Below, piece after piece: positions 26,439 through 33,900 of a stretch of DNA of 39,523 nucleotides. This DNA comes from Methanobacteriota archaeon. GTDB lineage: Archaea > Thermoplasmatota > Poseidoniia > Poseidoniales > Poseidoniaceae. The position numbers were made by a program, and so were the translations under genes. The notes under the pieces are model-generated. The model was given only the letters and a program-made list of their open reading frames with translations, was not told the DNA's origin and did no database searches. Positions within the stretch are counted from its first letter, which is position 1; each line of letters begins with the position of its first letter. Location of the stretch: assembly GCA_018650165.1 (NCBI GenBank), contig JABIGM010000022.1, positions 1-39,523 on the forward strand. Reading direction: 5' to 3'.

Positions 26439-27416
26439 TCATGGGCGATTCGTCCATGGCATCATGAATGCCTTGGCGACTTGGGTACCGATGGTTGGAT
26501 TCTCTTTGAGACGACGAATTGAGTATTCATACCATTTCTCCCCATATGGTATGTAAACACGCGTCGGATGTCCTTTTGCTCGTAACTTACGACGAAGTGG
26601 CCCCCTAACACCGAGTAGCATTTGGAATTCATAGCCAGGGCCTTTGCCGATGCGCTCCTTTCCAGAATTGGTCCGAGGGTCCAATCCATTGGGGCCCATA
26701 CCACGAGATGAAAGTGCCTCAAGAGCGTGGTTGATTACCGGATGATCATGGCTTGCAATTCCAACATAGGCACCAGCATCTAACATTTCATCGATGCATG
26801 CATTTGTTGCTTTGATGATGGGCTGCCTATCTGTGTGAGAAATTTCAGAAGGTTCGAGGTATATTCCCTTGCAAATACGATAATCCGCATTCGGACCGAG
26901 TTTTTGTGCGATGCTTTTGATGTCATCTATTGTACGGAACAGGCGCGCTTGTAGAACGACACCCACGTTCGTCAAGCCCTTTTCGTGCATATCTAGCATA
27001 ACTTGTATCGTGTCATCTGTTACGCGGTGGTCTTCCATATCCAGCCGGACAAACATGTCATGATTATTAGCCATCGTTACCAATGCCTCAATATTTTCCA
27101 TTCCTTTTTCACTGTCCAATAATAATCCGAATGCAGTGGGCTTAATCGATAGATTAGCATCCAATTTATTCTCGGTTATGACTGTAATAACACGTTTGTA
27201 CTCTTCCAAAAAGAATGTTGCTTCGTCCATTGTTGTAATTTCTTCACCAAGAACATCGATTGTGAAACACGACCCTTCTTTTGACAATCTTTGCATTACT
27301 TTAGTCGCATCTGCCAGGGTCGGACCAGCCACATACCTTCGACTAACCCATCCTACAAACCAGCGTGGCATCCTTACGGTTATACCAACAACCATTCGTG
27401 AGAATAGCCCGACCAT
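26439..27416 (-). CDS. Monofunctional proline dehydrogenase
   Basis: RRYVAG, IDVLGE, LSIKPT, RLDMED, GVVLQARL, RICKGIY, GIASHD, YEFQMLLG, VYIPYG..WYEYSIRRLKENP. Confidence 0.92.
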   Translation of the reverse strand: MVGLFSRMVVGITVRMPRWFVGWVSRRYVAGPTLADATKVMQRLSKEGSCFTIDVLGEEITTMDEATFFLEEYKRVITVITENKLDANLSIKPTAFGLLLDSEKGMENIEALVTMANNHDMFVRLDMEDHRVTDDTIQVMLDMHEKGLTNVGVVLQARLFRTIDDIKSIAQKLGPNADYRICKGIYLEPSEISHTDRQPIIKATNACIDEMLDAGAYVGIASHDHPVINHALEALSSRGMGPNGLDPRTNSGKERIGKGPGYEFQMLLGVRGPLRRKLRAKGHPTRVYIPYGEKWYEYSIRRLKENPTIGTQVAKAFMMPWTNRP

Positions 27417-27452
27417 GTTACCACTGGTAGTGTAGGCGATTCTTGACCGTTT

Positions 27453-28367
27453 TCATCCAATGATTTCTGAACTTTTGAGTAAAGGTATGCCTAAATCATC
27501 AAGAAGTTCTCTGATTGCTTGTCTTTGCCAGCCCTTGAAGGCCTTTTTATCCATACTGCAAATCAACTCCCCTCCGGGAAAGGCTAATGCGGTTGCTGCA
27601 AGCGCTTTGCGGATACTATTTTCCCACATCCCCCCAATATTACCGAATTCATCTTTTGTGAATGGTAGTGCGTAAGTTGCCAGCATATGTCCAATCCAAA
27701 TTCCTTCGTGTGAAGCCAAGAGGTTTCCACGGGGGGCATAATGTCCTCCGCCAAGTGTTACTACGACACGGCCTTGGCCGGCCCATCCTCCAAGTCCAGA
27801 GCCCCCATTCAAACCAAGGCCTCGATGGATAATTCCAGCAAGTAATTTGGCAGCACCTTTGTGCCCCCAAGTTTCAGCGGTTGAACCGATTTCAATGAAT
27901 AATGATGGTGTTTCAATCCATGGTCCATGGTGTGTGGTTTCGAGTGATAAACTAAATTCATCCAAATCACTTGCAACTATATTTAATTCACGCCACCACG
28001 CGCCAATACGCGGGTTTGGAGGTGGGCAATCTCCGGCACGCCCTCCATAATCGGGAATGGCATCAGTCGGAATTTGCATTGTCCCAATCGGGTGCAAGGT
28101 TAGCGATGCATTGCCACTAGCAGCCGAATGGCGTGAGGGGAAAATAATCTCATCCGGGACTTCACCCGTTGCCTTTGCCCATCTTTTGTCGAGATCATCT
28201 TCCCACAAACAACCATCATCTAACCACCAAATTCGTGCATTCTTGAAAGAATATGCAACTTGCCCTTCAACTGGATTAAGCGGGACCCAGTTTGCAAGTT
28301 TCATTAGTTCATGCGCTTGGTTAGTTGATGCGATATCGCCGCCGGATACAAGAATCAGACTGACCAT
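27453..28367 (-). CDS. dtdA: D-aminoacyl-tRNA deacylase, archaeal DTD2 type
   Basis: FPSRHSAASGNASLTLHPIG, LETTHHGP, PSLFIEIGS...W, LGGGHYAPR. Confidence 0.92.
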   Translation of the reverse strand: MVSLILVSGGDIASTNQAHELMKLANWVPLNPVEGQVAYSFKNARIWWLDDGCLWEDDLDKRWAKATGEVPDEIIFPSRHSAASGNASLTLHPIGTMQIPTDAIPDYGGRAGDCPPPNPRIGAWWRELNIVASDLDEFSLSLETTHHGPWIETPSLFIEIGSTAETWGHKGAAKLLAGIIHRGLGLNGGSGLGGWAGQGRVVVTLGGGHYAPRGNLLASHEGIWIGHMLATYALPFTKDEFGNIGGMWENSIRKALAATALAFPGGELICSMDKKAFKGWQRQAIRELLDDLGIPLLKSSEIIG

Positions 28368-28399
28368 GTTCAGGCGTAGAGTAGTGGACTATTGAAGGA

Positions 28400-29296
28400 A
28401 TGGTTCACAAGCCGAGTTCATGTCCCCGTTTCATGGAGACAGCACCTTGGCGTATTTTCCATCACAATGACCAAGAAATAATCATTGATGTGGATGGAGG
28501 AATTTCCATCGGCGGTCATACTACTCATCCGTTCCCATGTGAGATCACATTTGCATCACTGTGCGACAATGGCCTAGTTGCTACATGGGTTGACCATGAT
28601 TTACGTTTGGCGCGCATGGCGTTTATTTCACTGGATGAACCCCTCCAAGAAGGTGCAACTAAGGCACAACTGCGGTTGAAGAGAGATAGTACAATGGTTG
28701 CTGGGTCTAAATGGTGCCACATTATTGATTCAGAACCTTTGGCTGTCGAAGCTGAAGATGACAAGATTGTTTTTGCACTTTGGGCAAGAGGAATATACTG
28801 TATTGACTCATCTGCCAATGAATTATGGCGAATCCCATTATCCACTAATGTGGGTAAATCACCGCCTCGCTCAAACGAAATAACATCATTAAATATTGAC
28901 GGGGACAGTGTGGTTGTGTGGTCCCGTGGGGGCACATTTAGTCAGATATCAATGTTGAATGGAAAGCAATTAAGTCAAGGTGAACTTGGTGTCCCCTGTG
29001 ATATTGAAAATGTGTTTAATCACGGTGATAGATTTCTAATCTCATCGAAGGATGGATGGATTTGGGAATTTAGAGATGAGGAAATCACAGTAGCAAGGAA
29101 GTTACGTGGAACCATACAAGATGCCGCTTTTGATGGCGACGATTGGCGGATAATTTCTTGGAGAGAGGATCTGATGTTACTTGGTGAATCACAAACACGT
29201 GCCGATTTAGGCGTACAAATATTCCAAAACGATGGAGAATGGTTAGTCATTGACAACCAAGGGCAAAGTAGCCCCCATATGCCTGATAAGAACTAA
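28400..29296 (+). CDS. Hypothetical protein, possibly beta-propeller-like
   Basis: Long ORF filling the gap between dtdA and S27ae; repeated beta-strand/Trp patterns (GIYCIDSSANELWRIP). Start may be ATG 28433. Confidence 0.6.
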   Translation: MVHKPSSCPRFMETAPWRIFHHNDQEIIIDVDGGISIGGHTTHPFPCEITFASLCDNGLVATWVDHDLRLARMAFISLDEPLQEGATKAQLRLKRDSTMVAGSKWCHIIDSEPLAVEAEDDKIVFALWARGIYCIDSSANELWRIPLSTNVGKSPPRSNEITSLNIDGDSVVVWSRGGTFSQISMLNGKQLSQGELGVPCDIENVFNHGDRFLISSKDGWIWEFRDEEITVARKLRGTIQDAAFDGDDWRIISWREDLMLLGESQTRADLGVQIFQNDGEWLVIDNQGQSSPHMPDKN

Positions 29297-29467
29297 TCAC
29301 TCATTGGTTTGCGTAAAGCCACAGCGACCACAAGATTTGCGATCTGAGTGAACAGCAAGGAAAACTCCAGGGCCACATTGTGGACAGAACTCAGCCTTAC
29401 GTACTAGTGAACCATCTTCGACAGAGTACTTTGACCACTTTGCTCCAGCATTAGGACCATCGGACAT
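29297..29467 (-). CDS. rps27ae: 30S ribosomal protein S27ae (not in ORF track)
   Basis: Hand translation: [56 protein letters not shown]. [11 protein letters not shown]...CGRCG signature, TGATG overlap with S24e, GGAGGTGA RBS. Confidence 0.95.
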   Translation of the reverse strand: MSDGPNAGAKWSKYSVEDGSLVRKAEFCPQCGPGVFLAVHSDRKSCGRCGFTQTNE

Positions 29468-29838
29468 CAAGCCTCACCTCCTTTCTCTTCTTCTTCTGCA
29501 GGTGCTTCTTCAGCAGGTGCTTCTTCGGCAGGTGCTTCTTCAGCAGGCGTTGCATTGGAAGTACGCATGCCTTCATAGCGTGCAAGCATGTAATCTGGTT
29601 CAACTTTCATAGATTTTTCATCGGAATAAACAATACCAAGTCCAGTTGTTGAACCTGTTCCGAATCTTGTATTGACATTCTTAATCACTATCAAATCACG
29701 GTTAGACCCCGGTTCAATTGATGCAATGGCATTTAGCATATTTTGACGAGAGGGAGTCGCTGCACCTTCATGGTTCCAGCGGAATTCGATTTCTACGCGG
29801 TTAAGCAGTGGGTTTTCTTTACGGTCAATTATTTCCAT
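29467..29838 (-). CDS. rps24e: 30S ribosomal protein S24e with acidic repeat tail
   Basis: [30 protein letters not shown]; GGAGG RBS. Confidence 0.95.
   Translation of the reverse strand: MEIIDRKENPLLNRVEIEFRWNHEGAATPSRQNMLNAIASIEPGSNRDLIVIKNVNTRFGTGSTTGLGIVYSDEKSMKVEPDYMLARYEGMRTSNATPAEEAPAEEAPAEEAPAEEEEKGGEA
29498..29547 (+). repeat. 15-bp tandem repeat gcaggtgcttcttc(a/g), 3 full copies plus a partial, encoding PAEEA repeats in S24e
   Basis: Units at 29498, 29513 and 29528, with a partial unit at 29543. Confidence 0.9.
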
Positions 29839-29851
29839 ATTAATTCCTCCT

Positions 29852-30055
29852 TCAACGACTATTTACTTTGAGTGCGTAGTTCCCTGGCACTTCGATTTTT
29901 AGACGACTTGCAATTTCTGAACGTGTTGGGTCCATAACTACGACATACCCGCTCCAATCAGAGGATACTGGTGCAGAAGGGTGGCGTGTACATTGGTCGA
30001 TACCATCTGCGAGAATCAAGTGACATTCGCTGCATGCAAAGGGGTTCTTAGCCAT
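29852..30055 (-). CDS. spt4: Transcription elongation factor Spt4 (RpoE'')
   Basis: ACSEC...SSDWSGYVVVMDPTRSEIASRLKIEVPGNYALKV; directly downstream of rpoE'. Confidence 0.93.
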   Translation of the reverse strand: MAKNPFACSECHLILADGIDQCTRHPSAPVSSDWSGYVVVMDPTRSEIASRLKIEVPGNYALKVNSR

Positions 30056-30071
30056 TCAAATCACTCCTAAT

Positions 30072-30623
30072 TCAGTTTTGGTCCTCGTGGATCCATTCGT
30101 GACTGCCAAGTCCGCTCTGCTTGCAAGTCAATCCGATCTTGGAGCGACGTGGGTCACTCGTATCAGGGGAAAGGGAAACAATACGTGCTCTAACTGAACT
30201 ACCTACACCCAGTTTACGACCACTTTGGCGACCTTCAAGAACACCCATGCCAGCATTGATATCAACATGGTCTTCCATAATTTGGGACTTGTGCAGAAGT
30301 GCTTCCATAGGGCCGATTCGGACGAACGCTCCGAAATCATTGACTTCGGAAACAGCTCCTTCAACAACTTCGTAATCCTCGATACAGAATAGCACCGCAT
30401 CGAAACGAACTTCTTGGTATATTGCTCCGTCACCATGAATAATTCTTCCACGACCAATTGGTTCGTGGTTTGAAGTTACAAGAACAAACTGGTTATCATC
30501 ATCAAAACGACCTTCGAAAGCAGAAGCCGCTAGGCGGTCAATGTGTTCATTCAGTGACTTATCCTTACGGATGTATTCCGCAGGGATACGAATAGTGTCC
30601 TCCTTTGTGACAACTTTGTACAT
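30072..30623 (-). CDS. rpoE1: DNA-directed RNA polymerase subunit E' (Rpo7)
   Basis: EDTIRIP, GRGRIIHGDGAIY, FGAFVRIGPMEALLHKSQI, VRARIVSLS, KIGLTCKQSGLG; GGTGA RBS. Confidence 0.96.
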   Translation of the reverse strand: MYKVVTKEDTIRIPAEYIRKDKSLNEHIDRLAASAFEGRFDDDNQFVLVTSNHEPIGRGRIIHGDGAIYQEVRFDAVLFCIEDYEVVEGAVSEVNDFGAFVRIGPMEALLHKSQIMEDHVDINAGMGVLEGRQSGRKLGVGSSVRARIVSLSPDTSDPRRSKIGLTCKQSGLGSHEWIHEDQN

Positions 30624-30635
30624 ATTTTTTCACCG

Positions 30636-30747
30636 CCTCGGGCTTCTCCATCCGAGTTACTGCAGGTAGGACGATTGAGGCTTAGTTGCCTCATCCGTCC
30701 TTCACCGGCATGTGCCTCGGGAGAGAAGTGTGACCGAAGTCATCCAC
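30636..30747 (-). ncRNA. Candidate structured 5' leader or ncRNA upstream of rpoE'
   Basis: cUUCGg hairpin (30728-30747) plus a nested irregular rod (30643-30728) found by manual pairing. No family recognised. Confidence 0.5.
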
Positions 30748-30854
30748 GCCACCATCGACCCCTATTTGAATGATACGCCCCGTAATCGAGGTCCTGTTCG
30801 CTTAACAAGCCCCGATTTTGGCTAAGAATATAAGGTCTAGATATCGCTTTCTCA

Positions 30855-30871
30855 TGGGCCCGTAGGGCCCA
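30855..30871 (+). promoter_or_regulatory. Perfect 7-bp hairpin TGGGCCC-GTA-GGGCCCA, 36 nt upstream of the 30908 gene and about 22 nt downstream of a TATA-like AATATAA
   Basis: Inverted repeat read directly from the sequence. Confidence 0.55.
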
Positions 30872-30907
30872 AAGCCATAACAACCTTGTACTACCCGATA
30901 ATTACCT

Positions 30908-33900
30908 ATGGAGCAAGTGCCGATGCGAATTCGGGCATTTCTAATGCTGTTCATTCTGCTTGCATCTACCATTGTAATTCCAACTCCAACTTCGGCTGAT
31001 GAAGAGGAGGATTCCGCATGGGACCCACTATGGCAGCCCTGGGCACAATATGGAAGAGAACCGGGGCATTCTCGTGAATTGCCCGAACATGGCGATTCAG
31101 GATTGATGACAATTGAAACTCCAGCCATTAACTGGGTAGCCTTTGATTCGGGGGATGGAGCAGATGGATATGGAGTTGCAATCGCCGACATGTCATACTC
31201 TATCGCATCACCATCTGGTGCCAAAGAAAGATGTGGAGAAAATCATCTCTTCGCTGTTTTGACCTATACGGATAACTCAGAACGACACCTTGCGATTGTT
31301 GAAGGAGACACTGCAAAAATTGCATGGGAAGTTAATCTCGGCGATACAGACATTATCCGTTCAACTCCAATAATCGTTGATGTTGACCAAGATTCTAGGC
31401 CCGAAATCGCAATTGTTTATGATACGGATAGTGCACTCAATGTAGATCTGTGGTCCCCAGATATGACTTGTGATGAATCAGGGTGGGCTGCGTCGGGCCA
31501 TTCAAACGAGAAGGTTTGGTCATGGTCTGATCCAGATTTGCGTATAGGTATCGGAACTGCTCATTTTTGGACAGGAGGATATGAGGCCGTAACTCAGCCC
31601 CTGTTAGCGGACTTGTCCCTAGATGGTAGCCCGGAATTAGTAATATCTGCTGTTGATACTTCGACAAATGATCCAACCGTGGTGGCAATTCCACTTGGAC
31701 TTCAGACACCAGAGGAAAACTGGAAAGTTGCATTAGATAGAGGAACTCACCCATCTGACCCTGCATTTGCAGCCTTGGATGATAACAGTGGAGCTGTTGT
31801 TCTGACAACTGCCGATGAGAATAGTGGTAACATTTGGATTTGGCGTATTGATGGCGCTACGGGGTCACTCGATTGGGAACGTGTATCGATTCAGGGAACT
31901 GATGATGATGATGATACACCCCGGATTAGATTACCTGGGCCTGTAATTACACAACTGGATTCTGATGCGGCACCAGAAATGATTCTGACATTGCCTGCTG
32001 ATGCGAATCAAGGAACAGATGGGATGGGGGCCCAATTTGTCGGAATGGAATTAACCAGCACAAATGAAATATGGAGATTTAGAGCGAAAAACGGCTATGC
32101 TGATGCTGAACCTCTTGCTGTAGATACAACTGGTGATGGGATTACTGACCGTGTTTGTTGGGTCACTTGGTACTCAACAGGTGCAGGGACCACTAATCGA
32201 GAAGGCCTTACCGGTTGTCATGACATTACCATCGAGCCTCCATTTAGAGAATGGACAAGAGTTTTACAAAGCGGAGGGGGAACTAACGATGGTGAAATCG
32301 CGGTCTCACCACCGATCTCAATTGATTTAGATGGTGAAGATGAACCTGAATTGCTGGTTGCCTATGGGCAGCGTATTTTCGCATTTGATGGAAATACTGG
32401 TACTTCGGCTGATATAGGTTCAGGCTGGTCTGCACCTATCGATGTCCCGCACACAACATGGGCTGCACCTGCGATAGCCGATATGGACGGAGATGGCTAT
32501 CTCGACATCCTAGTGGGTGATGCTTTGATTAGTGAAGCAAAGGCCGACATTGCACCTTTAGCAGATGGCAGGGGGATTGGTTTTACTCCAACAGACCCGG
32601 ACCCTGGAGAAATGGTCACGATTTCAGGCCAATATTCCAATATTGGTGTTGTAGATACTGATGAACCAGTTGATGCAGTCCTAATGCTAGACGGGGTTGA
32701 AATCGAGCGCCATCGAGTAAATGTTGCAGAAGCGATTTCGCCATCTGGTGAAGGAGGACCGATTACTTTTAGCGTCGATGTTGAGGCAACGCTGGGAGTG
32801 CATACTGTCGAACTATTGCTCGACATAAACGATAATTTAACTCAAACTAGAGATGATAATGACAACTATAGTACAACATTGGTAGTACTAGAGCCATATG
32901 TTGCACAAATTCAGACCCCTGTTGAAATCTCTCGGGCTTTGCCGGGAACCTCACAAATTGTTGATATCACAGTGACTAGTTTAGGAAGTAGGAATGCTGC
33001 GTGGACTCTAGATTACGATGACAGCCAATTAGAAGATGGTTGGGCGTTTTATCCAGTTAATTCTGCTGAACTTTCATTGAACCTTGTACGAGATGTTCCA
33101 CAAGTCGTACAGTTCGAATTCTCAGTCCCTCTGGATGCGATGGGTTCCGATGATGCTCAAATTCAATTAAGTCTAGTATTAGACCAAAACCAAAGCGTCT
33201 CGTCTTCGGTTACGCTACCGCTCGAAGTTGAGCGAACACGTGGGCTGTCATTACAAGGGTCCACAGGACTCCCACTCGGTATCGGATATGGGGAGCCGGG
33301 AGATGTGGCTCATGTTTGGCTACTTGTAGAAAATGTTGGCAATGCGCAAGAGACTACTGAGATGCAGTGGTCTTCAAACACATGGAGTGCGGATACAACT
33401 ATTGTAGACTATTCTGGTACAACGCAATGGGGGATTGAACTCGACCCAAGTGCTAAGGAAGAATATCTAATCGAATTTGAGATCCCTAGTTCTAAATCGC
33501 TGGGTGAGTCAACCTCTGCAACCCTAACATTGTGCATTGGTTCTGGCAATGAAGAAATTTGTGAGGATTTCACAGTGACTGTTTTTGCCAGTAATGTTTC
33601 TAGTGATATCCCACACATCAGGACAGTCCCCACATCGGGATTGACGTGGGACATCAGTTCCAACTTTGTGGGCACCACCCTTCAATGGGACATGTCTGAA
33701 GCTAGTATGCTCAAGGAAAACTGGAATTGGAGTGCAAGCGGTGACTTAAGTATCAATGGAACCATGCTAGAGATGTCTGGCCAAGAGGGGCAATTACACC
33801 TCGATTTACCGTTGAATGCTCCTCCTATGCGCCATTATTTCAACCAAAGTGAAGAGAATTTAGTATTTTCAGACTTCTCAATCTCATTACACATCTTGCA

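Noticed and set aside
30660-30760. Resemblance of the rpoE' leader to fluoride (GATGGTG...CCTAC), cobalamin (CCGGTGAA) or TPP riboswitches, or to SRP, RNase P or H/ACA RNA
   Set aside because: The required P1/pseudoknot, B12 box, CUGAGA, SRP helix 8, GAGGAAAGUCC and ACA box are absent.
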